A DNA stretch of 64,000 bases from Candidatus Amesbacteria bacterium. GTDB taxonomy: Bacteria > Patescibacteriota > Microgenomatia > CAZETR01 > Amesbacteraceae. Under the pieces are notes generated by a model. The model saw only the letters and a list, made by a program, of their open reading frames with translations, did no database searches and was not told the DNA's origin. This document shows, piece after piece, positions 8,742 to 19,562 of this stretch; within the stretch, counting starts at the first letter, position 1; each line of letters starts with the position of its first letter. The translations under genes were made by a program, and so were the position numbers. The stretch is taken from the NCBI GenBank assembly GCA_963736875.1, contig CAVTQH010000002.1, positions 199,927-263,926 on the forward strand, read 5' to 3'.

Positions 8742-10100
8742 CTACAAATCAGTCTCCTGTAATTTCCCGATCAGTGCCTGTTTTTCGTTCGGTAATCCCT
8801 TTTCCACTACCTCGTTAAAAATATATTCCAGGTATTTTCCCACCAGCGGTCCGGGGGTGATATTTTTGATTTTCATCACATCCGCGCCGCCGATTTTCAG
8901 ATCAGTCACGGAAAACGGTTGTTTCTGGACCTGTACCAGGCGTTTTTTAAATTCTTCCAGCCGCCAGCTGGTTTCCCTGGCTCCGCCCCCCAGCCTGTCC
9001 CCGGTTCGGAGTGCAAGCATCTCCGGGATATTTTCCACCCCCGCATTTTTTATAAACCGTCTGATGGCGCTGTCCGTCTGATTTTCATCCACGGTAAATT
9101 GATGCCACCTGACCAGCCTGACAAACTTCTGCTTCTGCTCATTGGAAAATCTCAGTCTTTCGGCAATTTTAAAGGCGATTTTTTCCCCCTCCATTTCGTG
9201 GTTATAAAAAGTAATTCTTCCGTCTGCATATACTTTCTGGGTTTTAACTTTACCCACATCATGAATTAACGTAGCCAGCCGGGTAATCGGATCTTTGGAA
9301 GGACAAAGTCTTAAAGCCTCCACACTGTGGGTTCCGACATCGTAAATATGGTGTCTGCCGGGACTTTTTTGCTCCACTCCGAAAGTTGCTCCCATTTCGG
9401 CAAGTATAATTTCCCCCAGCCCGCAATTTCGCAGTAGGAGATATCCGTCAGCCGGGTAATCCGAAGCAAAAATTTTCAGAAGTTCATCCCTTACCCTTTC
9501 CCCCGATATTTGTCTGATTTTTTCGGCATTGTTTTTAATCGCTCCGAAAGTCTCCTCCTCTATGGCAAATCTCAGTTGAGTGGCAATTCTCACAGCCCGC
9601 ATCATCCGCAGGGCATCTTCACCAAACCGGGCATCAGGGCTTCCCACACATTTAACTACCTTCGCTCTGACATCCTCCGCCCCTCCGAAAAAATCCAGCA
9701 ATTCATATTTTCCGGTCCTGACTTGCTTTAAAGCCATGGCGTTGATCGTAAAATCCCGTCGCTCCAGATCCTGCCTTAAGGTTTCCCCCCATTCCACCGC
9801 GTCGGGGTGTCTGTGATCCGTATATTCCTTTTCAGTCCGGTAGGTGGTGATTTCATAAGGCCGTTTGCCGTCACCGGCGGAAATTCCTACGGTTCCGAAT
9901 TTATTGTCATAATAAGCTTCCGGATAAAGTGCTAATATTTGCTCAGGGTTGGCGTTTGTCGTAAAGTCCCAGTCATATTGCGGCCGGTCCAGCATGACAT
10001 CTCTTACCACTCCGCCCACGATATAAATTTCATATCCGTTTTTGGTAAATTTTCTGATTATTTCCTGCACCTGTCCGGGGGGCTTTAAGGCAATTTCCAT
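8742..10100 (-). CDS. cca: CCA tRNA nucleotidyltransferase with HD domain
   Basis: VGGVVRD...DWD, RRDFTINAMA, EDALRMMRAVR and IHDVGK (HD) motifs. Confidence 0.9.
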   Translation of the reverse strand: MEIALKPPGQVQEIIRKFTKNGYEIYIVGGVVRDVMLDRPQYDWDFTTNANPEQILALYPEAYYDNKFGTVGISAGDGKRPYEITTYRTEKEYTDHRHPDAVEWGETLRQDLERRDFTINAMALKQVRTGKYELLDFFGGAEDVRAKVVKCVGSPDARFGEDALRMMRAVRIATQLRFAIEEETFGAIKNNAEKIRQISGERVRDELLKIFASDYPADGYLLLRNCGLGEIILAEMGATFGVEQKSPGRHHIYDVGTHSVEALRLCPSKDPITRLATLIHDVGKVKTQKVYADGRITFYNHEMEGEKIAFKIAERLRFSNEQKQKFVRLVRWHQFTVDENQTDSAIRRFIKNAGVENIPEMLALRTGDRLGGGARETSWRLEEFKKRLVQVQKQPFSVTDLKIGGADVMKIKNITPGPLVGKYLEYIFNEVVEKGLPNEKQALIGKLQETDL

Positions 10101-10127
10101 ACTGCTAAAATTGTAACATGCTCAAAG

Positions 10128-11696
10128 ATGAACTTATCTCCGCTCTGCTTGATCCAAAAGGGCCTGATCACCCCCGGTCAGGTAAACGATTTTCTTCACC
10201 CCCAGCATCCTCTGGAAATTACCCCTTCCCGGCTGGGTTTATCAAAACAGGCAATCACCCGGGCAAAAAAGCTCGTTGACCGGCACATTTCAGCCGGTCA
10301 CCCCATAGCTGTTTACGGAGATTATGATGTCGACGGAATTTGCGCCACCGCTATTGTTTGGGAAACCCTGTATCCGCTTTCCCGTCAGGTTTTTCCCTAT
10401 ATTCCTGATCGCCGTGCAGAAGGTTACGGTCTGACAAACGCCGGTATTGACCACTGTCTGGCCAAAGGTGCCAAACTCATAATTGTTCTGGACAGCGGTA
10501 TTGTTGCCGCAAAAGAGATTAAATACTGCCGGGATAAAGGTTGTGACATTTTAGTCATCGACCATCATCAGCCGGAAAGTACACCGCCCCGTCCCACGGC
10601 ACTTATCCATTCCACTGCCACATCTGCTGCCGGTCTGGCCTGGTTTTTTGTGAGGGAGTTTCAAAAAAATCCGGATTCGGAGTCGCTTTCACTGGTGGCA
10701 ATTTCCGTCATCTGTGACCTGGTGCCGCTTACCGGCGTCAACCGGAGTCTGGCAAAATTCGGATTGGAGCAGTTAAACATTACCACCCGCCCGGGGTTGT
10801 TGGCTCTTATTTCCCAATCGGGGATTACCCCGGGCCAAATCGGTCCTTATGAAGTCGGTTTTATCATCGGCCCGCGTTTAAATGCCATGGGGAGGTTAGA
10901 ACACGCCATAGACAGTTTAAGGCTTCTTTGCACCACCGACGCGGACAGGGCTCATAAGTTGGCCGCTACTTTGGGAGAAACCAATCGCCTGCGTCAGGAT
11001 ATGACTCAGAAATCATCCGACCACGCCATTTCGCTTTTTGTAAATCAAAACCTGCCCCGGCTTTTAATTGCCGCCGATCCTGATTATGACGAGGGGATTA
11101 TCGGTCTGGTTGCAGCCAGGCTGGTGGAAAAATATTTCCGTCCGGCGATTGCCGTCAGTGTCGGCCGGGAAAAAAGCAAAGCTTCGGCCAGATCCGTCCC
11201 CGGCTTCCACATCACCGGATTTTTACGGCAATTTACTTCTCTGTTTGAATCGGTCGGGGGTCACGAAATGGCTGCCGGTTTTACTTTTCCGACAGCCAAA
11301 TTGGATGAAGTTAAAACCCGTTTGCAAAAACAGGCCGGAAAAGCAATTACTCCTGAAATGCTTATTAAAAACCAGCGGATTGACGCCGTGGTGCCGGTGG
11401 ATGTTTTGGATTGGGATTTATGCACCGCCCTGGAACAATTTACCCCGTTTGGCATCGGCAATCCCAGGCCGGTTTTTAAATCCCATAAAATTCCCGTTGC
11501 AAATTTTAAAAGAGTCGGTCAGACGGCCAAACATCTCAAATTCAGTGCCGGGGGAATTGACGCAATTTTCTTTAACGCTCCGGACCGTGTAGAGCAAAAA
11601 TTATCCGCCGCCGACCTGGTTTATCATTTAAACCCCCATGTTTATCAGGGTATTGCCGGTATTCAATTGGTTATTAAAGATTTAAAATCTGCCTGA
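10128..11696 (+). CDS. recJ: ssDNA exonuclease RecJ
   Basis: YGDYDVDG, EGYG, DHH, PRLNAMGRL, GGHEMAAG and PFGIGNP motifs. Confidence 0.95.
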   Translation: MNLSPLCLIQKGLITPGQVNDFLHPQHPLEITPSRLGLSKQAITRAKKLVDRHISAGHPIAVYGDYDVDGICATAIVWETLYPLSRQVFPYIPDRRAEGYGLTNAGIDHCLAKGAKLIIVLDSGIVAAKEIKYCRDKGCDILVIDHHQPESTPPRPTALIHSTATSAAGLAWFFVREFQKNPDSESLSLVAISVICDLVPLTGVNRSLAKFGLEQLNITTRPGLLALISQSGITPGQIGPYEVGFIIGPRLNAMGRLEHAIDSLRLLCTTDADRAHKLAATLGETNRLRQDMTQKSSDHAISLFVNQNLPRLLIAADPDYDEGIIGLVAARLVEKYFRPAIAVSVGREKSKASARSVPGFHITGFLRQFTSLFESVGGHEMAAGFTFPTAKLDEVKTRLQKQAGKAITPEMLIKNQRIDAVVPVDVLDWDLCTALEQFTPFGIGNPRPVFKSHKIPVANFKRVGQTAKHLKFSAGGIDAIFFNAPDRVEQKLSAADLVYHLNPHVYQGIAGIQLVIKDLKSA

Positions 11697-11699
11697 ATT

Positions 11700-13178
11700 A
11701 TGGATCCGCACTTAACTGACCTTTTAGACAGCATCAAAAAAACTCCCCGGCCGGTGGATGCCGGGGTGGTTACGGCTGCCTGGCAATTTGCCAACGATGT
11801 TCACTTGGGCCAAAATCGGCTTACCGGGGAGCCTTATATTATCCATCCCACCCAAGTAGCCAAAACACTGGCGTTATGGAATCTTGACACCACCACCGTT
11901 GTGGCCGGTTTACTGCATGACACTATTGAGGATGCGCAAGTTACCAGAGACAGTCTGGCAGCAGGTTTTGGCGAAGAAGTGGCCTTAATCGTCGACGGGG
12001 TTTCCAAAATCACTTCGATTCGTTTAAAAGGCAGTTCCGAACAGGAATTTATCGAAAATTTCAGAAAAATGCTTTTGGTTATGGCCCGTGATCTCCGGGT
12101 AATTTTAGTCAAACTGGCTGACCGGTTGCACAATATGCAGACTCTGGGGGCCCTTCCCCCGGAAAAACAATTTGCCAATGCCCGGGAGACACTGGAAATT
12201 TATGCTCCCCTGGCCGAAAGGCTGGGTATGGGGGAAATCAAAGGCATTCTGGAAGACCTGTCATTCCCTTACGTTTATCCGCAGGAATTTATTGCTATGA
12301 AAAAACAACTCAAACCCTTGATTACCAAAGGGGAGGAGTATATTAAAAAAATCCAGCAGGAGCTTTTAACCCTGATTCTTCCGGCAATTCCCGGCGCGGT
12401 TATCAGTACCCGCCAGAAGCATCTCTACAGCCTTTTTCAAAAACTACAGCGTCCGGAAATTGCGGGTGATATCAGTCTGATTCACGACTTATTTGCAGCC
12501 AGGGTGATTTTAGAAACCCCTTCCGAGTGTTATGAAGCCCTGGGTTTGATTCACAGCCAATATCACCCGGTTCCGTACCTGGGTGTCTCCGATTTTATTG
12601 CCACCCCCAAACCCAACGGCTACCAGTCAATTCACACCAAAATTTTCGGTCCTGACGGTCACATCATAGAGCTGCAAATCAGGACCACCAGCATGCACGA
12701 ACAGGCGGAAATGGGTATCGCCGCCCACTGGTTTTACAACGAGACCAAAACTTCCGGGGTTTCGGATCAGAAGCTGGAAAAGGGGATTGCCGGACCTGCA
12801 TCCAAACTGGATTGGGTCAAACAACTGGCTTCGCTTCAGGAAGAGATCAAAGACAACAGTGAATACTTGAAAACCCTCAAATTTGACGCCTTAAAGCACC
12901 GCTTGCTGGTCTTTTCCCCCAAGGGGGATGTCTATGACCTGCCGGCAGGAGCCACCCCGGTGGATTTTGCCTACGCGGTTCATACCGGCATGGGTTCCCA
13001 GGCCAAAGGAGCCAAAGTTAACGACAAAATGGTCCAGTTGGATTACCGTCTGAACAACGGAGACGTGGTGGAGATTTTAATTGACCGCAAAAGGAAAACT
13101 CCCAGTCCCCGCTGGCTGGATTTTGCGGTCACCGCCGCCGCCCGCCGGGAAATAAGTAAAAGCATAATATCGCCTTAA
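11700..13178 (+). CDS. relA: Bifunctional (p)ppGpp synthetase/hydrolase (HD, SYNTH, TGS; no ZFD/ACT)
   Basis: EPYIIHP, LHDTIED, KLADRLHNM, PKPNGYQSIHT, ELQIRT and TPVDFAYAVHT motifs. Confidence 0.9.
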   Translation: MDPHLTDLLDSIKKTPRPVDAGVVTAAWQFANDVHLGQNRLTGEPYIIHPTQVAKTLALWNLDTTTVVAGLLHDTIEDAQVTRDSLAAGFGEEVALIVDGVSKITSIRLKGSSEQEFIENFRKMLLVMARDLRVILVKLADRLHNMQTLGALPPEKQFANARETLEIYAPLAERLGMGEIKGILEDLSFPYVYPQEFIAMKKQLKPLITKGEEYIKKIQQELLTLILPAIPGAVISTRQKHLYSLFQKLQRPEIAGDISLIHDLFAARVILETPSECYEALGLIHSQYHPVPYLGVSDFIATPKPNGYQSIHTKIFGPDGHIIELQIRTTSMHEQAEMGIAAHWFYNETKTSGVSDQKLEKGIAGPASKLDWVKQLASLQEEIKDNSEYLKTLKFDALKHRLLVFSPKGDVYDLPAGATPVDFAYAVHTGMGSQAKGAKVNDKMVQLDYRLNNGDVVEILIDRKRKTPSPRWLDFAVTAAARREISKSIISP

Positions 13179-13189
13179 AAAAAACAAAT

Positions 13190-13525
13190 TTATTCTAACT
13201 TTGCATCGATTCTTCTGTTCTTACCGCCGTCAGGATGATCACTGCAGTCACTCACCTCAATATTTTTAACCACTTTCCCCCCCAGATGCGAAGATGGAAA
13301 TAAATCCGGAAGTCTAGTACCCAGATTGTTTACCAGGTCAATTAACTTTTTCTCGTACTCTGGTTTTGAACTACACACTTTATCCATATGACCGTTTATT
13401 GCATTACCTGGACCAATTAGGATATTAGCTAGAAATATTCCTGCAGGAGAATAAATCCGTAAAGCGTACACATCCCGGCCCATCTGTTTTGGATGGATTT
13501 CAAGATTTTCTTTATCATCATTCAT
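13190..13525 (-). CDS. Hypothetical orphan protein, AT-rich
   Basis: 111-aa ORF filling the rel-aspS gap on the opposite strand; no recognisable motif. Confidence 0.55.
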   Translation of the reverse strand: MNDDKENLEIHPKQMGRDVYALRIYSPAGIFLANILIGPGNAINGHMDKVCSSKPEYEKKLIDLVNNLGTRLPDLFPSSHLGGKVVKNIEVSDCSDHPDGGKNRRIDAKLE

Positions 13526-13586
13526 AAATATAAATTCGACAGGTTAGCCTTATTTTATCAGCGTTTAGTGTTAAAATCACTTAAAC

Positions 13587-14939
13587 ATGTCGAGGACTTT
13601 GATCAGTGAGACAGTTGTAAAAACAGGAGAAACGGTTTTGCTTCAGGGTTGGGTAAACACCAGACGGGATCATGGGCAGATTGTTTTTATCGATCTTCGG
13701 GACCGCACCGGTGTGGTTCAGGTGGTGGCTACTTCGGACCAGGCTCAGAAACTCCGCAGTGAGGATGTAATTTACGTCACCGGTACGGTTAAAAACCGTC
13801 CGGAAAAACTGGTTAATCCCAAGCTTCCCACCGGTTCCCTGGAAATCGAAGCAAAAACTATTGAAGTGGTGTCCAAAGCCGCTGAATTGCCGTTTGACAT
13901 GGGACAGCCGGTTTTGGAACTGCAGCTGCCGACTTTACTGGATAACCGGACTTTGACCCTGCGCCACCCCCGTGTCCGGGAAATTTTTCAGGTTCAGGAG
14001 GCCGTCATGGAAGGTTTTAGGCAGGCATCTCAAAAACTTGATTGCACTGAAATTTTTGTCCCTACTATTTCAGCTTCCGCCACCGAAGGGGGAGCGGATG
14101 TTTTCAAAGTTGATTATTACAAACATCCGGCTTTTTTGATCCAGAGTCCCCAGTTATACAAGCAAATGCTGGTTCCCGCTTTCGAACGGGTCTTTGTCAT
14201 CTCTCATGCTTACAGGTCTGAACCTTCTATTACCACCCGCCATCTCTCCGAAGTGGTTCAGCTGGATTGTGAATTGGGTTTTATGGACTTCCCGGCTTTG
14301 CTGGATTCTTTGGAATTTGTCGGTATCGCTACTTTACAATACGTTGTTGAACACTGTTCCCAAATTCTATCCCGCTACGGCATACCCCAAATCCTGATAC
14401 CGGAAAAAACACCCCGGCTGACGATGCGGCAGGTCCAGCAGATTATCAAAGACCGGACCGGTGTTGACCATACCAAAGAGCCGGATCTTATGCCCGAAGA
14501 CGAAAGGGAGATCTGCCTCTGGGCTGCCGAAACTCATCATTCGGATCTGGTTACCGTTACTCATTACCCCACCGCCAAAAGGGCTTTTTATACCATGCCC
14601 GATCCTGCAGATCCAGAATATTCACTAAGTTATGACCTTCTCTTCAGGGGAATGGAAATATTAAGCGGCAGTCAGCGGATAAACGACCTGGATCAGCTTT
14701 TGGCGGCCATGAAAAACAGGGGACTCGATCCTGACAATTTTTCCATGTATTTACAGGCCTTCCGTTATGGCATGCCTCCCGAAGGCGGATTTTCCTTTGG
14801 CCTGGAGCGCCTGACCATGCAGATTTTACAATTGTCCAATATCCGCGAAGCTTCCCTTTTTCCCCGGGATATGGAACGGGTGGATGTCCGCCTCTCCACC
14901 CTGGCCAAAAATAAAAAAAGGCCTTCCAAAAAGGTATAA
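13587..14939 (+). CDS. aspS: Aspartate--tRNA(Asp/Asn) ligase, archaeal-type without GAD insert
   Basis: OB fold GWV..RRDHG..FIDLRD, QSPQLYKQ, EILSGSQRI and GMPPEGGFSFGLERL; only 450 aa. Confidence 0.9.
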   Translation: MSRTLISETVVKTGETVLLQGWVNTRRDHGQIVFIDLRDRTGVVQVVATSDQAQKLRSEDVIYVTGTVKNRPEKLVNPKLPTGSLEIEAKTIEVVSKAAELPFDMGQPVLELQLPTLLDNRTLTLRHPRVREIFQVQEAVMEGFRQASQKLDCTEIFVPTISASATEGGADVFKVDYYKHPAFLIQSPQLYKQMLVPAFERVFVISHAYRSEPSITTRHLSEVVQLDCELGFMDFPALLDSLEFVGIATLQYVVEHCSQILSRYGIPQILIPEKTPRLTMRQVQQIIKDRTGVDHTKEPDLMPEDEREICLWAAETHHSDLVTVTHYPTAKRAFYTMPDPADPEYSLSYDLLFRGMEILSGSQRINDLDQLLAAMKNRGLDPDNFSMYLQAFRYGMPPEGGFSFGLERLTMQILQLSNIREASLFPRDMERVDVRLSTLAKNKKRPSKKV

Positions 14940-14954
14940 TCAGCCCCGATAACT

Positions 14955-15855
14955 ATGGGAATATTTAATTTGCTGGGTTTAATCCGCCGGATACTGTTTT
15001 TTTCCATTCTTTTATCTCTGGCCTGGAAATTGTCTTCAATGATAGTTCTTCCCGCTTCTTCCCCGGCACCTTTACCCGTAAATCTTGCCCCGGTGGCTTT
15101 ACCGGATCATCCGGTACCGGAAATTAACCGCCAAAAATGTTTTTATTATCGACCGGGCCTCCCGGACGGTGCTGATGGCCAAAAATGCCGATGACCGGAT
15201 TTATCCTGCTTCCACCACCAAGATGATGACTGCCATCGTCTCTTACGAAAAATATTCTCTTCACGAGCCTCTGGAAGTCAGCCGCTCCTACCCCGAAGGG
15301 ACAACTATCCATCTCCAGCCGGGAGAACAGGTAACAGTGGAAAATCTGCTTTACGCCATGCTTGTCCAATCAGCAAACGATGCTGCCGAAGTTCTGGCGG
15401 CAGCCTACCCGTCAGGCAGGGAAGTTTTTATAAATGAGATGAATGCTAAAGCCGATGCCATGCATTTATTTAATACCCGTTTTCAAAATCCCACCGGCCT
15501 TGACCAGGAAGGCCATTTCTCCTCGGCAGCCGATCTGGCCCGCCTGGCTGATTATCTGCTTCAGTCTCCGTATTTAGCCAAAATTGTAGCTACCCAGAAC
15601 GCAGTCATTGCCTCGGCCGATTATTCCTCTTTTCATCCGTTATCAAATATCAATAGTCTGTTGGGAAATATTACCGGGGTATTGGGTGTAAAAACCGGAT
15701 TTACCGACAAGGCAGGGGAATCCCTGGTTACCTTAGTCAGCCGGGACGGTCACGAAGTGATAATTTCCCTTTTGGGCAGCACCGACCGTTTTACCGACAC
15801 CACCAACCTGATTGAATGGATCTATTCGGCTTTTACCTGGCCTCGTCAGAAGTAA
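14955..15855 (+). CDS. D-alanyl-D-alanine carboxypeptidase (peptidase S11), frameshift near 15122
   Basis: The TM N-terminus in ORF 14955 joins ORF 15085, which has PASTTKMMT (SxxK), SAND (SxN) and KTGFT motifs. Confidence 0.85.
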
Positions 15856-16912
15856 ACTGCGTACCAACAGCCTGAACGTAAGCTGTAAATCCGGCATCAC
15901 CCTCAAATACGTAAACCGGCTGTAAAAACGCCTGTTGTTCATTTGACTCAAAATAAGCCAGGCTCACTCTTCTTACCGTCACCTGATTTTCGGTCGTTCT
16001 CTTGGCAATAAATCCTCCCCCGTCCACCAATTCTTTCCACGCTTCGCTCACCGGTCTTAAGGGGTAGGTGGCAAAATCGTCACCCAAAGTCTGAGAATAA
16101 TAATAATTGGCCTGGACTATTTGTTTATCCCCGGATAATCCGGAAACAATCACATTAACAGGCGACGTTTCCCCTCCCACAGTAACTATTTTCATTGTCA
16201 ATTTTTCCCCGGTCGGTAATTCCTCATTCTTTTCCGCCCGGTATAAATCTACCCTGGTGAAATTAGCTTCATAAGGAGAAATCTCCGGCAGCATTGCCGA
16301 AGACGTTGCCGATAGGTAAATAATCCGGCTGGTGCCGTTGGCAATGTCTTCAGGCAGTACCCCGAGCCTTTCCAGAAATCTCTTGGCATTAGAAACAGCT
16401 TCATTTCCTATCGGTACGTCCTGGACAAAATAGTTGCTCCGGTCTGTCGTCCAATCGTATTTGTATGATAATCCGCCGGTAATTACGTCAAATATCATAT
16501 CAATCGGTAATTTCGGACTGGAAAATCTGTACGTTCTCTCATCCAGTTGAATCGGTTCGTTTGAAAGCCCCACCGATCTGGCTTTCTCCGTCATCCTCTC
16601 CAGTATTAAAAGCCGTGATTTGTTTATTCCCACGGGGTATACCTTACTGACATTCGGCATGGCAGGCAAAGCCCCGGTAATTGTTTCCAGCTTGTATTCC
16701 GGAGTGGCAAAATTAGGCGCTTCCGGAAAAATAAGTTTCGGCAGTTTGCCGTATTTGACCGTGGGCGGAGGGGGAGGAGGCGGATTTAAAGTCAGATACA
16801 CTCTTCTCATTAAAGCCATTATTCCGGGTATCAACGCCATAATCACCAGTGCCACCAGTCCCCACTTGATTATTTTCCTGGCTAATACGCTTACTTCCGT
16901 CAGGGTTGCCAT
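15833..16912 (-). CDS. Hypothetical membrane-anchored protein (CPR-type)
   Basis: MATLTEVS N-terminus, a TM, poly-Pro, and C-terminal LAYFE...FLQPVYVFEG. Confidence 0.7.
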   Translation of the reverse strand: MATLTEVSVLARKIIKWGLVALVIMALIPGIMALMRRVYLTLNPPPPPPPTVKYGKLPKLIFPEAPNFATPEYKLETITGALPAMPNVSKVYPVGINKSRLLILERMTEKARSVGLSNEPIQLDERTYRFSSPKLPIDMIFDVITGGLSYKYDWTTDRSNYFVQDVPIGNEAVSNAKRFLERLGVLPEDIANGTSRIIYLSATSSAMLPEISPYEANFTRVDLYRAEKNEELPTGEKLTMKIVTVGGETSPVNVIVSGLSGDKQIVQANYYYSQTLGDDFATYPLRPVSEAWKELVDGGGFIAKRTTENQVTVRRVSLAYFESNEQQAFLQPVYVFEGDAGFTAYVQAVGTQFTSDEAR

Positions 16913-16930
16913 GTTAAAATTTATTTTATC

Positions 16931-18298
16931 ATGGTTCGCACGCGTTTTGCCCCTTCTCCCACGGGTTTTTTACATATCGGCAGTTTGCGGACTGCTCTTT
17001 ACTCTTTCACACTGGCTAAAAGCTCCCAAGGTCAGTTTTTATTAAGGATAGAAGACACGGACCAAAAAAGGGAGGTCAAAGGAGCGGTTGAAAGTATTTA
17101 TAATAGTCTCAATAAATTCGGAATTTCCTGGGACGAACCGCCGGTTATCCAAAGCCAAAGAGCCCGGGAGGGGGTTTATATCGGGGCGGCGGAAAAACTG
17201 GTACAGCAGGGTCAGGCCTTTTATTGTCAATGCGAAGCCAGAAATGCCAAAATCCAGGGATTCAGCGGGATTCTTCGCGACCCCTGCCGGGACAAAAATT
17301 TGTCGCACGGCGCAATTAAACTCCGGGTTCCGGACGATCAGAAAGTCTCTTATCATGATTTTGTTTTGGACAGGGAAATTATCTGGGACACCAATACGGT
17401 TGCCGATGCCACCCTGCTTAAATCCGAATCCATGGGGCGGTTACCCACGTATCATCTGGCGGTGGTGGTGGATGACGTATTCATGCGCATATCCCATGCT
17501 CTCCGCGGCCACGACTGGCTTCCCAGCACCCCGATACATCTTTTAGTTTATAAATTTCTGGGATTTGAGTGTCCGGAAATCGGACATCTGACTGATATCC
17601 AATCATCCAAAGGAGGAAAACTATCCAAAAGAAAAGATTCCGTATTCTGTGAGAAGTTTTTGGATGACGGATATCTGCCTGAAGCCCTCTTAAATTTTGT
17701 CATGCTTTTAGGCTGGGCACCAAAGGATAACCGGGAAATGTATACTCTGTCGGAATTTGTCCAGTTTTTTGATCCTAAAGGATTTCAAAAATCAAATCCG
17801 TTATTTCTTCCGGCCAAACTTGACTGGTTTAACGGTCAGTATATCAGACAGAAATCGGATACAGAACTTATTCAGCTCGTGAAACCATACATGAAAAGTC
17901 AAATAACGGACATAATACTTACCCGAATAATGCCTTTAATCAAGGACAGAATAGTAAAACTTAACGGACATAAATAATTTACTGTCGCCTTTTATATCAG
18001 CTACCGGAAGATATCCGGCCGGAATTATATGCTTCAAACCCGGAAGTCATTTAGTCTCGGTATTTGAAACTATTAAAGCACAGTGATTTTACCAATTCGG
18101 AATCTTTAAATTCGGAATTCAAAAAGGAAATTGACAGGCTGAATATTAAAACCGGAGACTACTTTATGAACATGCGGGTAGCTTTAATGGGTTCCCGTTC
18201 CACCCCTCCCGATTACCGAATCGGCGGTAATTTTGGGTAAAGAGGAGTCACTGCGAAGAATTAATAACGCTCTTGAAATGCTAAGCATTAAACAATGA
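16931..18298 (+). CDS. gltX: Glutamate--tRNA ligase, C-terminal part frameshifted
   Basis: VRTRFAPSPTG.LHIG, LRIEDTD, PTYHLAVVVDD and KLSKR. Anticodon-domain text (MRVALMGSRSTPP..ILGKEESLRRI) continues in shifted frames to TGA 18298. Confidence 0.9.
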
Positions 18299-19224
18299 AT
18301 CGTAAATCTGCCCTCAACACATCCCTTTTTCGGGCTCGGCTCAAGCTTAAACACATCCAGTCGGAAAATCTGCTTACCGGCCATCATCCCCGGGCAGTTG
18401 CTCTGCTGGAAGCGGCAGGTGTCCGTCCCGGCGGCCTCCGTGCACATGCCGCAAAACTTCTGGCAGCGGGGGCTACGGCCACCACCATGGCCCTGTCACC
18501 GTTTCCCTTATTCCCGGCAGCGGCTCTTCCTGAATCTGCCCGCCATGTTTCAGCCTTTCCCCTGCACCAGCGTTCCCAGCTGGTATCACTTTTCCAGGGA
18601 ATATTACCTCCCGCCCCCAGACCGCTTTTTGAAGCTGAAGAAACCCAAATCAGCCAAATCCTGCATGATCTGTACGGTATCCATGCCACAGCGGAACTCG
18701 AAGGCAACCGGCTTAACACCGACTACGGCTATATCGGGGCGGAGCAGCATCTTCCCCGCTATCCGGGAGATTCAGCGGCCAACCACGGTACGCTGGTCGA
18801 AAAGGGGATTACCCCCGGCCGGGGAGCCTGGGGGTACTTTGCCTATTCCAAAGAACAGCTCACTCCGGATTTGATCGCCAAAGAAAAATATTACGTGGCG
18901 GTTCAGACTCTTTATCTTCCCGATTGGGAAACCCGCTTAAGTTATCTGCGTGACTGGTACAAATACCGCAAAGTAGTGGTAGCCAATCCCAGAACCGGCC
19001 GGGCAATTGTTGCGGTGGTTGCCGACTCCGGACCGGCTTACTGGACCGGAAAACATTTCGGCGGGTCTCCGGAAGTAATGAATTATCTGGAGTCCAAAGA
19101 TGGCCGGCAAAAAGGTCCGGTAATTCTGTTTTTTGTCGATGATCCCGAAGACAAGGTACCCCTCGGACCTTTGGAGTACAATTTAGAGCAGAACCCATTA
19201 TTATTAGCCACTCGGGAAGTATGA
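18295..19224 (+). CDS. Hypothetical protein with C-terminal RlpA/double-psi barrel-like segment
   Basis: Hydrophobic segment near aa 55-78, and KVVVANPRTGRAIVAVVADSGP. Confidence 0.6.
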   Translation: MNRKSALNTSLFRARLKLKHIQSENLLTGHHPRAVALLEAAGVRPGGLRAHAAKLLAAGATATTMALSPFPLFPAAALPESARHVSAFPLHQRSQLVSLFQGILPPAPRPLFEAEETQISQILHDLYGIHATAELEGNRLNTDYGYIGAEQHLPRYPGDSAANHGTLVEKGITPGRGAWGYFAYSKEQLTPDLIAKEKYYVAVQTLYLPDWETRLSYLRDWYKYRKVVVANPRTGRAIVAVVADSGPAYWTGKHFGGSPEVMNYLESKDGRQKGPVILFFVDDPEDKVPLGPLEYNLEQNPLLLATREV

Positions 19225-19562
19225 GTAAAATATTTTACGATCATTTGGTTATCAGAGAGGAAATTGATTTCGAGCTTAACCGCTTTCAAATCGATCCCGA
19301 GGAGCAGGAAGAATTAATAAGTCTGATCGATCAGACTCTCCATCACCATATTTTAAACGTCATCTTAAATCACTTGCCCAAAGAAAAGCATACAGAGTTT
19401 ATTTCCCGGCTTCATGCCAAGCCGGATGATGATACCCTGATTGATTATTTAAAAACTCATGCCCACCCTGAAATTGAAGCCGAAATCAAAAAACAAGCCG
19501 CCAAGATCAAAAAAGAAATCCTGGCTGATCTCAAAAAATCCTCCCGCCGTACTAAATCTTAG
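19221..19562 (+). CDS. Hypothetical helical protein
   Basis: Coupled to the upstream gene by an ATGA overlap; CPR-like. Confidence 0.7.
   Translation: MSKIFYDHLVIREEIDFELNRFQIDPEEQEELISLIDQTLHHHILNVILNHLPKEKHTEFISRLHAKPDDDTLIDYLKTHAHPEIEAEIKKQAAKIKKEILADLKKSSRRTKS

Noticed and set aside
17960-18298. Programmed frameshifting or true gltX truncation
   Set aside because: Several scattered shifts in an essential gene with no slippery-site/hairpin signature; sequence error is more parsimonious.
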